64,000 nucleotides of DNA, taken from positions 9,127,960 to 9,191,959 of the forward strand of contig NC_068989.1 in assembly GCF_001194135.2 (NCBI RefSeq), in the 5' to 3' direction. This document shows, in pieces, positions 1 through 11,270 of this stretch (position 1 is the stretch's first letter; every line of letters starts with the position of its first letter). The position numbers were made by a program, and so were the translations under genes. The stretch is from Octopus bimaculoides (taxonomy: Eukaryota). The notes beneath the pieces were generated by a model. It was not told where the DNA came from. It saw only the letters and a list, made by a program, of their open reading frames with translations, and made no database searches.

Positions 1-183
1 TCAGTCCTACTGAGGGGCACCTTGGGCAAGTGTCTTCTACTATAATCTTGGGCCGACCAAAAGCCTTGTGAGTGGATTTGGTAGACGGAAACTGAAAGAA
101 GCCCATCGTATATATGTATATATATATCTATATAAAGGGCATTATTACAGAAAAATAACAATGCCACACAGTGGACTTCTATG

Positions 184-214
<31 letters not shown>

Positions 215-425
215 TTGTGTGTCTGTGTTTGTCCCCCCACCATCGCTTGACAACCGATGCTGGTGTGTTTACGTCCCCGTAACTTAGCGGTTCGGCAAAA
301 GAGACTGATAGAATAAGTACTAGGCTTACAAAGAATAAGTCCTGGGGTCGATTTGTTCGATTAAAGGCGGTGCTCCAGCATGGCCGCAGTCAAATGACTG
401 AAAGAAGTAAAAGAGTAAAGAGTAA
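1..425 (+). mobile_element. tRNA-derived SINE, family A (local label); 5' end cut by window edge
   Basis: Body CACCTTGGGCAAGTGTCTTCTACTAT...GGAAACTGAAAGAAGCCC, internal (AT)n/(GT)n, 3' part ...GCTCCAGCATGGCCGCAGTCAAATGACTGAA and (AAAGAGT)n tail; the same sequence recurs many times in the window on both strands. Confidence 0.9.
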
Positions 426-1589
426 AGGGTATAGTTAAAGAGATCTGACAAAGATGCACCATATAAATAAGAAAAAATGGGTGGGTAGGGCAAAAGTGGA
501 TTTAAGGCTCCAACAGGAAAACAAAAAAACAAACAAGCAAAAAAACATATAGGTGTCTAACATCATGAAGAACTGTTTTTTTTAAATATTTTTTGAGTAT
601 GAGAAGAATACAAGACTAATATTCTTTGTAACTTCATTCATTTCCTCTCTAAACTTATAAGATTTTTTTTTTAATTATTATCAACTGTAAAAAAATAAGA
701 AATAAAGTAAGGAAAAACTACATTGGTGTATATTATCTATTATCAGTTTATATTTTACTCTGTTGAAATTTATTATTGTTTTATTTTTTCTTTGAGTTTT
801 ACTTCATTATTTTTTTTTTCTCTAAAACTCACATATCACCTCGTGTAGCATTGTTATTTTGAACGGAACTGATACAAATATATTAACACAATTTTATAAT
901 TTTAAACGCAAGCTAACAATTACAAGTTGCAGTGATGCATGTGTGCAACCTTAATAGATAATTGAATTTTAAAAAAATAGATTGAGCATACCATTATTTG
1001 TTTCTTTAATTTAAAGAATTTTTTTTTTTTTTGAATTCCATAAAGGTAAATAAATTTTGTAAAATTCAGCAAAATTACATATTTCTCTCAATAAAAGAAT
1101 TGACTATAAACCTGAATACATTAAGAAAAAAACATACATAAAACATACATAAACACATGTGCAAATACACACACATGCATGCACACTCACATATACGTAC
1201 ACACATGTACACATGCATACATACACATGCATGCACATGCACACACATACATATGTGCACACACATACATATGTGCACATACACAAACACTCACAGACAT
1301 AAAATCCAAGTTTTATTTGCTTCATTCATGGAGGAGAAAATGTAATTTTCTGAATTTTATACAAATTTTCTCTCCTGGAATTTGAAAAAACAAACTTATG
1401 GCACGGTTAATTTATTTTTTATTCACTGATCTATTAAGGTTGTATATGCGTTTTCATCCTTTACACCTCATCTGTATAGCTTCAAACTTTTGTCTTGTAT
1501 TTAAAATCATAAAATTGTATGAAGTGCATTGGCATGTAACTCTAACTCTTGGAATCATTGTAGCTCTTCATAAGTGAAAAAAACCATGT

Positions 1590-1895
1590 ATCTCTCCGAC
1601 AGCAAGACCCATGTTCCTGCCCCTCTATTATATTTTAACCTCTCATCGCCTGATATAAAGCCTCTGAACTCAATACTGCTCCTCATCTCAACTGAAGGAT
1701 CTTACTTTGCAAGTTATTAGGTGACCTCACTGGTGCAGGTGCCACATTGTAAAGTGTGGTTGGCACTAGGAAAGGTATCCAGTTGTAGAAACCATGCTGA
1801 AACAGATATTGGAGCATTGGTGCTGTCCTCTGGTTCTCTAGCCCCTATCAAACCGCCCAACCCATGCCAGCATGGAAAACAGGTGTTAAATGATG
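1590..1895 (+). mobile_element. RTE LINE 3' UTR-type fragment
   Basis: Ends AACCCATGCCAGCATGGAAAACAGGTGTTAAATGAT, the tail that follows RTE ORF ends at 8.3, 34.9 and 47.6 kb. Confidence 0.7.
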
Positions 1896-2240
1896 GTGGT
1901 GGTGGTGATGGTAATGATGGTGATGATGACAATGAGGATGATGATGATAATGATGATGATGGTGGTGGTGGTGACGATGATGGTGATGATGGTGACGATG
2001 ATGATAACGACAACAATGATGAGATGATGATGATGGTGGTGGTGAAGATGAAGGCAATGATGGTGGTGATGTTGATGGTGGTAATGATGATGATGATGAT
2101 GACAATGATGATGATGATGGTGGTGATGATGATGGCGATGGTGGTGGTGATGATGAAGATGATGGCGTTGATATGATGGTAATGATGGTGGTGGTGATGA
2201 TGCTGACAATGATGATGTTGCTGATGATGATGATGAAGTG
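1890..2240 (+). repeat. Compound (GAT)n/(GGT)n trinucleotide tract
   Basis: Direct reading; starts exactly at the end of the LINE-type tail. Confidence 0.95.
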
Positions 2241-2244
2241 CAGG

Positions 2245-2460
2245 TGCTATGAGTTATTTCCCTTAGGTGTCCCCCAAAAATTAGTTATATGAGGTAGATA
2301 CAAAGATCCCTTCCACAGGCCGCATTATGTCACGAGGTTTCCAGACATGAGTTCTACTCACGTGTCAAGTTTCATCAAAATCAGTAAAACGATGTAGGAG
2401 GAGTTAGCTAACAATGCCACAAACAAACACACACTGATTTTCCACATATGTAGTAGATAT
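2245..2460 (+). mobile_element. Helentron/HINE-like non-autonomous element fragment
   Basis: CAAGTTTCATCAAAATC (2366-2382), GGAGGAGTTAG, short AAAC/AC microsatellite, then ATGTAGTAGAT; shares CAAGTTTCAT with 16028. Confidence 0.45.
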
Positions 2461-3056
2461 ATATATATATATATATATATCAGATACACATTATCTTTAC
2501 AAAGTATATCTGAAATCGTCTCAATATCAAAAGCAATTCACAAAAGTGCTCAACAAAAACTATTAAGTATTTATAGGTATCTTGGGGCTATGACATTTTA
2601 TAATAGGAGTGAAATGCTGGAAGAAAAATCCAACATGCCATATTATATTTAATATTTCAAATACTATATAAATATGACACTTCATAAAATACACACACAC
2701 ACACACATACAATGCATATACACACACAAACACATATACATACAATGCATATATACACACAATGCACACATGCACACACACACACACACACACACAAACA
2801 CAAACATACATACAATGCATATATAAGCACAATAAATGCACACACACACACACACACACTCATAACTTTGATTTTAAAACTTAAATTACTTTTAAAATAG
2901 AAAGTAACTTTTGAACCTCACTGTTTTGTGTGTGTGTGTGTGTGTGTGTGCGTGTGTTTGCATGTCTGTGCACATGCATGCATGCACGCACATGTGATTG
3001 TGTGTGTGTATTACACTTGATAATGTTTTCTTTATCTAAATTTTGTTGTGCGCGTG

Positions 3057-3087
<31 letters not shown>

Positions 3088-3199
3088 AAGATATTGCACC
3101 AATATTTTCGAAAGTAATTTTGTTTTGAATTTAGTCTTTATACAGTGCAACCTCCACTCAAGGATAGGTGCTGGCTTCCTTTTTATAGCTATATTGAGT

Positions 3200-3420
3200 G
3201 AAAAATAAATTAATTTCATGTTTAATTTGCTCAAAATTTTCCAAATAAATGTATTGACAAGTAAAATAATTGACAAACTTGTAATGCTATGTTTAATTTA
3301 CTCAAATTTTTGAAAATAAATGTACTTAACAAACAAAGTAATTAACAAATTTAAAATTTTCCAGATAAATGTATTTAACAAATAAAATTGTTGACAAACT
3401 CAGAAAATATGGAACAGTTT
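3200..3420. repeat. Degenerate AT-rich minisatellite
   Basis: AAATTTTCCAAATAAATGTA-like motif recurs at about 3234, 3304 and 3354. Confidence 0.7.
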
Positions 3421-3739
3421 AAAAATTTAATTAAAAGTGCTTTGAAGATTGTACTCTTCTTTTGTATAATGCTTTCATCATTTTGTTTTTAATCTTGTTC
3501 TTCATGATAACTCTCCTTTCTCCAGTAATTGAGGAAATCAACAGATCATCTTGCAACTTGGAACAATTCAACCGTCAGTCCCTGGTTTGAATCAACTTTT
3601 TGTCTTTTTGATTTTTTTTTTACTAGGTTGAAACTGGGCCAGGACAAGCGCTCATCTGTGAAAGCAAAAGGAAACACATAGTTCTTATTGAGGGCTACCA
3701 CAAACTTCTTCAGTTTTTTGCAGTCTTTCTGAAAGTAGT

Positions 3740-4290
3740 TGGTAGTTACATGATCCAATGGACAATAGAGAGGGTTGTAGGGTTATTATTTCCTAAGCCT
3801 CTAAGCTTCCCATAGGACAAGGAAGTAAGGCTGCACATATGTCTTTGTTCTTTACAAATCATCTGTGTAGCAAGTAAATGTTGACTTGCATTTAGAACTA
3901 TATAGCTGTATAAAGTGCATAGGCCCTTAGAATCCCTGTAACTCTTCACTTGATAGTCTCTAGATGTAAAGGAGTTCTCTTTCTCTGGACATAAAGGAGT
4001 CCAAATATTGATTATGGCATTTTGAAGCTCTTTGAAGCAAGCTCTACACAGTACACAATATAGATGTATTTTTGGTTACGGCATGAAATGGTGATAGCAA
4101 TGTTGGCAAGTATAGCTCACTTTAACATTATGAGCATTGAAAAGTTTGTGGTATTTGTGTGTGGTGGGGAAGTGGCACTTTATGAGAGATAGAAAGTTCC
4201 TTAAATATTAGTAGTGATATCTAAGGTATGAAATGCATCAAGATGGATGATGACTTTCTGTTTCTTGGCTCACCTTTGATCCACAGTGGA
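3740..4290 (-). mobile_element. Decayed Penelope-like element (RT-to-GIY-YIG linker region)
   Basis: Minus strand 4198-4106 reads NFLSLIKCHFPTTHKYHKLFNAHNVKVSYTC, then after a frameshift NIAITISCRNQK; matches the PLE motif FLxLIxxHFPxxHxxHKIFNxNxVKVSYSCxxN. Confidence 0.8.
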
Positions 4291-4573
4291 TGAAGAGGGA
4301 TACTTCAAGTAGATTGACATCTCCTTAAAGATTTGACTTCAAGAGCTTCAATACAGTATGGTACATCCCGCATAAAACCAAACACTTCCATAACAGTACA
4401 CACACCATCTCCATGCCCATCTCTGTCCACAGAGATCACCCTATACATGTACACCCCACTTCCTCCTCCCTTCCAAACTCCCCTCCATCTAATTACATTT
4501 CTACCCCATCACTAACCCTATTTATTCTTCTTTCCAACCACTTTTTTGCTTATATTCTTTTATTTATTTATTT

Positions 4574-4607
4574 TTTCTGATGAAGGACTAACACCTGAAA
4601 TGTCAAA
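4574..4607 (+). ncRNA. Minimal type-I hammerhead ribozyme motif (PLE terminal-repeat type), one CpG-type mutation
   Basis: TTT-CTGATGA-AGG-ACTAACA-CCT-GAAA-T-GTC-AAA: core CUGAUGA, 3-bp stem II, GAAA, GUC triplet, TTT/AAA stem I; C15.2 appears as T. Confidence 0.65.
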
Positions 4608-4736
4608 CCACTTTCCTTTCCTTTTAAGCGTTAAAATGCTACAACAGTTGTTAAAACTTGTCCCTCTTGTGTTGTCTTCTTTTCTTTTGGCTCATGGTCT
4701 AATATATATATATAAATTTATATATATACACATATA

Positions 4737-4775
<39 letters not shown>

Positions 4776-5009
4776 ATATATGTATGTATGTAAATGTGTT
4801 TATACATCTCTCTCACACATAAACACACATGATGTTTTACTGAAAGTACAAATTTATACATGCACATAGACACGCACACAAAACATACTAAACACCTAAT
4901 TCTAACCATTCAACCACAAATAGAATAATGTGCGAATATTTGCATATATGTATAAATGTACGTGTAAATGTATGGTGGAGGTATGTATATATAAATATAT
5001 GTTAACATA

Positions 5010-5057
<48 letters not shown>

Positions 5058-5332
5058 AAGGACATATACATACATTTGCATAAACCTACATATCATTAAA
5101 TTTAAACAGAAAGGCATATATTTGCATAGATTTGTGCATACATATATATTATTATACATACACACACACACATATACACACATATACATAATGTATATAT
5201 ATGTGTGTGCTTATATTCATATATTTGCATAAAAACATTTTCAAATATAACACATATATGCATATATCTACATACATTAATGAATATCTACATATGTATT
5301 CTTGTGTGTGCATGTATATACACATACATGTA

Positions 5333-5372
<40 letters not shown>

Positions 5373-6104
5373 NNNNNNNNNNNNNNNNNNNNNNNNNNNN
5401 NNNNNNNNNNNNNNNNNNNNNNNNNNNNNNNNNNNNNNNNNNNNNNNNNNNNNNNNNNNNNNNNNNNNNNNNNNNNNNNNNNNNNNNNNNNNNNNNNNNN
5501 NNNNNNNNNNNNNNNNNNNNNNNNNNNNNNNNNNNNNNNNNNNNNNNNNNNNNNNNNNNNNNNNNNNNNNNNNNNNNNNNNNNNNNNNNNNNNNNNNNNN
5601 NNNNNNNNNNNNNNNNNNNNNNNNNNNNNNNNNNNNNNNNNNNNNNNNNNNNNNNNNNNNNNNNNNNNNNNNNNNNNNNNNNNNNNNNNNNNNNNNNNNN
5701 TATATATATATATATATGTATATACATAAATATACACTCAAACACACATGTATATTTGGGACCATTTTTCTGTTTTTATGTGTACTTAATTTCCTAACAC
5801 TTCTTGTATATTCAAATACATCATATACATTTTTCACACAAGTTCACCGGTCTATCATTTTTTCTTACACTTGTATGGTTATTTAGCTGGATAAAATCTC
5901 TAAATTATATAGGTCACAGAGATATTTACAAATATTTTAGAAGAAGCCTCAATGTGTAAGTATGAAAAATATATGTATTTAAATATAGAAGTGCAATTGG
6001 TGCTTTTTATTTCGTGCTGCCAACATTAGTGACACCGTCATACAGCTTGCAGGGATCTGTGCCCCACGTGGGGCAGGGGTTGGCTTTATGGTATCTTTAT
6101 CCTT

Positions 6105-6692
6105 TATCTTTTACCTGTTCCAGTCATTAGACCGTGGCCATGCTTGGGCATTGTATTGAAGGATTTTTTTTGTTGAATGTATCAGCCGAAGTACTTATTT
6201 TTTTTATGCCCAGTACTTATTCTATTGATTTCTTTTGTTGAACTGCTAAGTTTTGGAGACATAAACAAGCCAACACTGGTTGTCAAGTTGTGGTGGGGGA
6301 CAAACACAGACTCAAAGTCTCTCTCTTTCACACATACACATATAGCTGAAATTTAAAGAAAAACAAAAGACGAGGACAAGTATATAAACAACAAGCAGGT
6401 GTATTAGTTTGATGCTCAGGATGGTAAGAAAATCTTTTACGTTTTGAGCCTATGCTCTTCAACAGAAAGGAACACGAGGAAATAAACAGAGTGAGAATAA
6501 AAGAGAGAACATATATACATATATACGAAGGGCTTCTTTCAGTTTCCATCTACCAAATCCACTCACAAGGCTCTGATTGGTCTAAGGCTTTAGTGAAAGA
6601 CCTTTGCCCAAAGTGCCACGCAGTGGAACTGAAACCAGGACCATGTGATTGTGAAGCAAACTTCTTACCACATAGCCACACCTGCACCTATC
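6105..6692 (-). mobile_element. SINE family A copy interrupted by a hammerhead-bearing element
   Basis: 3' half at about 6105-6320 and 5' half at about 6520-6692 (head ...CACATAGCCACACCTGCACC), separated by the 6325-6505 insert. Confidence 0.8.
6434..6469 (-). ncRNA. Minimal hammerhead motif, U6-variant family, inside a ~180-nt PLE-terminal-like element (6325-6505)
   Basis: Minus strand CTTT-CTGTTGA-A-GAGC-ATAG-GCTC-AAAA-C-GTA-AAAG: perfect stems I and II, GUA triplet; G12 appears as A. Confidence 0.65.
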
Positions 6693-6829
6693 CGTAGGAG
6701 ACAAGGGAGTCAAAGCATGAGAGAAGTGTGGTGACGGGGCGTGGCAGAGCAGGTTCTTGTTGCAGAGGAGCTACATGTCTGCACATATTTAAAAGAAGTA
6801 CGGTGTGCAAAGTGAGCCCGCCCGTCCGC

Positions 6830-7160
6830 CTGTCTATCTCTGTTTATTTGTTTGTCTATCTATCTGTCTGTCTATCTGTATGTCTGTCTATCTCTGTCTA
6901 TCTGTAGGTCTGTCTGACTATCTGTCTATCTATCTATCTATCTATCTACCTACCTACCTACCTACCTATCTATCAACCTACCTACCAGTCTGTCTGTCTA
7001 TCTATTGGTCTATCTGTTGATTGATCTATCTCTTGATCTGTCTGTCTGCCTGTTTGTCAGTCTGACTATCTATCTATCTATCTATTGGTCTATCTATCGA
7101 TTGATCTATCTATTTATCTGTGTCTTCCTATCTACCTATTTATCTGTCTATCTATCTAAT
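6830..7160. repeat. (TCTA)n/(TCTG)n/(CCTA)n tetranucleotide tract
   Basis: Direct reading; a similar tract lies at about 44280-44660. Confidence 0.95.
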
Positions 7161-7658
7161 CTCTTTTACTTATTCTCCCCGTCTACGCATTTACGTACAT
7201 CGGTCTATCTCTTGGCCAATCTCTCTCCTTCTCTCCCTACTCCTCTTAATATCTGGTCTTTTATATATCTATGAGCACAGTCTGTGTGTCTATTTGTGTG
7301 TATGCAGCCATGTGTGTGTGTGTGTGTATGCAGGGGGAGGCAAGTGTGAATGTGAATCCGTGTGCATCTGTGTATGTGCGGAGTTGCCTGCACATGCTTT
7401 ACTGTCTTTAAAAGAATGACACATTGGATGGTGTAGTTCTTGGTGCAATGTGTACTGTGAATGGGAAAAGGATGTCCTGGTCACATCTGGAATGCTTTTG
7501 ATTACAAATTTGTTCAATCATGGATAAACTGCGACTAAACAACAACTAAAGGAATCATGAATGAATGAGGAAGCTTCTGTGTGGTCGTTGCATCTACTAG
7601 AAATAGCAGCCAGGTTTTCTTTGAATCAATACTCTAGAATATTAAAAAACAGAAAACC

Positions 7659-7797
7659 TAGGCGCTGGTGTGGCTGTGTGGTAAGAAGCCTGCTTCCCAA
7701 CCACATTGCTCTAGGTTTGGTCCCACTGCATGGCACCTTGGGCAAGTGTCTTCTACTGTAGCCTTAGGCCAACCATTGTGAGTAGATTTGGTAGATA
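7659..7797 (+). mobile_element. SINE family A 5' half running into a gap
   Basis: GGCGCTGGTGTGGCTGTGTGGTAAG head with A/B-box-like motifs followed by the family A body. Confidence 0.85.
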
Positions 7798-7977
7798 TAN
7801 NNNNNNNNNNNNNNNNNNNNNNNNNNNNNNNNNNNNNNNNNNNNNNNNNNNNNNNNNNNNNNNNNNNNNNNNNNNNNNNNNNNNNNNNNNNNNNNNNNNN
7901 NNNNNNNNNNNNNNNNNNNNNNNNNNNNNNNNNNNNNNNNNNNNNNNNNNNNNNNNNNNNNNNNNNNNNNNNNNNNN

Positions 7978-8024
<47 letters not shown>

Positions 8025-8027
<3 letters not shown>

Positions 8028-8602
8028 AGTGTGCATGTGTGACAAAGCACTGGTGTATTGAGAGAGAAGTTGAGCATAAGGGGAATTATATGCAGTGTGC
8101 AAGAGAGGAGACTGCACTTGCTTGGTCATGTGATGCAGATGGATGAGAACAGTTGCATAAAGATGTGCCACTCACTTAAAGTGGAGGGAAGCTGTGGAAG
8201 AAGGAAACCCAGGAAGACATGGGATGAAGTACTGAAGGCCATTCTTAGAACACTGAACCTTAAGAAGGAGATGACAGAAGACTAAGATCTGTGGAGCATT
8301 GCTGTACCCAGGAAGACTCACCTGCCATAACAGAATTGATATCCTAAAACCAAAGTGCCATGTAAAAAATATTGATGTTGGTGCCACATAAAAATCACTG
8401 ATGCTGGTGCTATGTAAAACACACCGGTGATGGGGTTGCGTAAAAAGCACCCAGCACACAGTGTAAAGTGGTTGGCATTAAGAAGGGCATCCAGCTATAG
8501 AAACCATGCCAAAACACACCATGGAAGCTGGTGCTGTCTCTGGTCTTGCCAGTTCCTGCCACGCTAGCAAACCCATGCACAAATTGTTAACGATGATGAT
8601 GA
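8025..8602 (+). mobile_element. RTE-clade LINE 3' end (ORF C-terminus plus 3' UTR plus (GAT)n)
   Basis: ORF 8058-8285 LREKLSIRGIICSVQERRLHLLGHVMQMD...VEGSCGRRKPRKTWDEVLK...EMTED matches the RTE C-terminus RRLxWxGHVxR...GRPRKTW. Confidence 0.85.
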
Positions 8603-8609
8603 TATTTAT

Positions 8610-8850
8610 ATACAGGTTTGACTGATTTTGATCTCGCACTCAGTGCTTGAGCATCTGTAGCTGATGATGTGCAACTTATGCTGAAATCACATCATACAAC
8701 AGTTCCATCTACCAGTGTCGGTGAAATTTCGTCTGCCAATATATTCTGTGCTTTATTAATATTTGAAGTCTATATGAAGTTTCTCAGAATGATTGCTGCA
8801 ACCTATGGTATTCTTAACAACACATCCAAGCAAAGTAGGATGTGCAAATT
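8610..8850 (-). mobile_element. Possible decayed PLE GIY-YIG fragment
   Basis: Frameshifted minus-strand pieces EYIG and SSAT..LKH*VRDQN loosely resemble YIG...STxLSKHIWxLKDxN. Confidence 0.3.
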
Positions 8851-9745
8851 AAAACAAATATATATNNNNNNNNNNNNNNNNNNNNNNNNNNNNNNNNNNN
8901 NNNNNNNNNNNNNNNNNNNNNNNNNNNNNNNNNNNNNNNNNNNNNNNNNNNNNNNNNNNNNNNNNNNNNNNNNNNNNNNNNNNNNNNNNNNNNNNNNNNN
9001 NNNNNNNNNNNNNNNNNNNNNNNNNNNNNNNNNNNNNNNNNNNNNNNNNNNNNNNNNNNNNNNNNNNNNNNNNNNNNNNNNNNNNNNNNNNNNNNNNNNN
9101 NNNNNNNNNNNNNNNNNNNNNNNNNNNNNNNNNNNNNNNNNNNNNNNNNNNNNNNNNNNNNNNNNNNNNNNNNNNNNNNNNNNNNNNNNNNNNNNNNNNN
9201 NNNNNNNNNNNNNNNNNNNNNNNNNNNNNNNNNNNNNNNNNNNNNNNNNNNNNNNNNNNNNNNNNNNNNNNNNNNNNNNNNNNNNNNNNNNNNNNNNNNN
9301 NNNNNNNNNNNNNNNNNNNNNNNNNNNNNNNNNNNNNNNNNNNNNNNNNNNNNNNNNNNNNNNNNNNNNNNNNNNNNNNNNNNNNNNNNNNNNNNNNNNN
9401 NNNNNNNNNNNNNNNNNNNNNNNNNNNNNNNNNNNNNNNNNNNNNNNNNNNNNNNNNNNNNNNNNNNNNNNNNNNNNNNNNNNNNNNNNNNNNNNNNNNN
9501 NNNNNNNNNNNNNNNNNNNNNNNNNNNNNNNNNNNNNNNNNNNNNNNNNNNNNNNNNNNNNNNNNNNNNNNNNNNNNNNNNNNNNNNNNNNNNNNNNNNN
9601 NNNNNNNNNNNNNNNNNNNNNNNNNNNNNNNNNNNNNNNNNNNNNNNNNNNNNNNNNNNNNNNNNNNNNNNNNNNNNNNNNNNNNNNNNNNNNNNNNNNN
9701 NNNNNNNNNNNNNNNNNNNNNNNNNNNNNNNNNNNNNNNNNNNNN

Positions 9746-9799
<54 letters not shown>

Positions 9800-10020
9800 G
9801 TGCATATATATGTGCATGTATATATGCGTGTATATATGCATACATATACATATATACATGCCTGTACTTATATAGAAATGTGCTTATGAATCTGTTAATG
9901 TTTGTAACTTTCAAAAGCTACTTGTCTATCGCTAATGTAAGAGCATCAAGTCACACATACTTTTTAAGGGATGTTTTTGTCCTTTTTCTTGTTTGTAATG
10001 TCTACTTGTTATACATACAT

Positions 10021-10168
10021 AGGTGCAGGAGTGGCTGTGTGGTAAGTAGCTTGCTTACCAACCACACGGTTTCGGGTTCAATCCCACTGCATGGCACCTT
10101 GGGCAAATGTCTTCTACTATAGCCTTGTGAGCGTATTTGGTAGACGGAAACTGAAAGAATCCTGTTGC

Positions 10169-10217
<49 letters not shown>

Positions 10218-10296
10218 TGTGTTTGTCGCTTCACAACTGATGTTGATGTGTACATGTCCCTATAACTTAGCAGTTCGGCAAAAAAAAGACCAATAG
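10021..10296 (+). mobile_element. SINE family A copy
   Basis: GGTGCAGGAGTGGCTGTGTGGTAAG head, GGGTTCAATCCC B box, internal (GT)n, truncated 3' part. Confidence 0.9.
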
Positions 10297-10650
10297 AATT
10301 TTGGGGGAGGGGGCCAGTCGATTAGATCGACCCCAGTATGCAACTGGTACTTATTTTATCAACACTGAAAGGATGAAAGGAAAAAATCAACCTTGATGGA
10401 ATTTGAACTCAGGACGTAATAACAGACAAAATACAACTAAGCATTTCACCCAGTGTGCTAACGATTCTGCCAGCTCACCACCTTTGGCTGATTACATTGA
10501 TGCCAATGCTTGACTGGTACTCATTTGATTGACCCCGCAAAAGGACGAAAGGTAGAGTCAACATCGGTGGAATTTGAGCTCAGAACGTGAAGATAGATGA
10601 AATGCTGCTGTGCATTTTGCACAGCATGCTCATGATCCTGCTGGTTCAGC
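10297..10650 (-). mobile_element. Two adjacent SINE family B copies
   Basis: Reverse complement of the family B copy at 37640-37857 (CTGGTACTTATTTTATC...GGATGAAAGG...GAATTTGAACTCAG). Confidence 0.75.
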
Positions 10651-10929
10651 ACTTTAACAGATTTGTACATCTTAACAAATATATATACTAAGCTTCATTT
10701 TTCCTGATATAACCACATAGATATGTATAGAGTAGCACATGCAATCTGTACATTAGTACACACGCACACAGTGGAAGAAGCAAAGTTTTGATGTGACTAG
10801 CTCATTTTAAGATCATTTAATACACTTTAATTCTTTTATATCTTCTAGTTTGTTGACTGTGGCCAAAATGGATCACTGCCATTAACATGTCTACACTCGA
10901 CAAAGAAATTCTTCTTCGTAAGTTTAAAA

Positions 10930-11270
10930 AAATCTTGGTATACTAGAAGAAGTATTAAAACAATATGGAGTATTATTATAACATGCAATATTATGTCTCC
11001 TATTTTTGCATTTTTTAGTATTGTGTTGCTCTGTTTCTAAAATAAGATACATCCCCACAGGACTCTCAAAGTCTATCTGGAATTTAAAGGATGATAACAT
11101 CACAATTATAAAATTGATCAATCCATTACAGAACATGCGACTCCTTATATTAATGGTACCATACATTGTGGTTTTTGTCTTGCAGGGAAGTATAATATCC
11201 TATTAGAGCTTTTTGCAATTTTGAACAAAAGTTTAGAATGGATAAATTCTTACAAATACTTCTACCAATA
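10930..11270 (+). mobile_element. Decayed PLE GIY-YIG endonuclease C-terminal region
   Basis: PTGLSKSIWNLKDDNIT (inside ORF 11006-11206), then shifted frame 11131-11202 EHATPYINGTIHCGFCLAGKYNIL; matches STxLSKYIWxLKDxN...PYxxxxxxCxLCLxEKxxI. Confidence 0.8.

Noticed and set aside
5152-5886. Long ORFs spanning N gaps (also 8.7-10.1, 24.1-24.9, 28.9-30.2, 41.4-42.7, 49.7-50.4, 52-53, 59-59.9 and 62.6-63.4 kb)
   Set aside because: They are open only because N and (AT)n/(GT)n runs contain no stop codons; translations are X, YI, CV and HT repeats.
8655-8700. CTGATGA...GAAA hammerhead-like string
   Set aside because: Stem II pairs poorly, stem III and the triplet are missing, and the region is better explained as antisense of a coding fossil.
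10849-10917. Exon-like segment with a good acceptor (TCTTCTAG) and donor (GTAAGT): FVDCGQNGSLPLTCLHSTKKFFF
   Set aside because: It lies directly upstream of and colinear with the PLE GIY-YIG fossil, where a CxC..CPL..CL motif is expected, so it is more simply part of that fossil. Not fully excluded; junction reads would decide.
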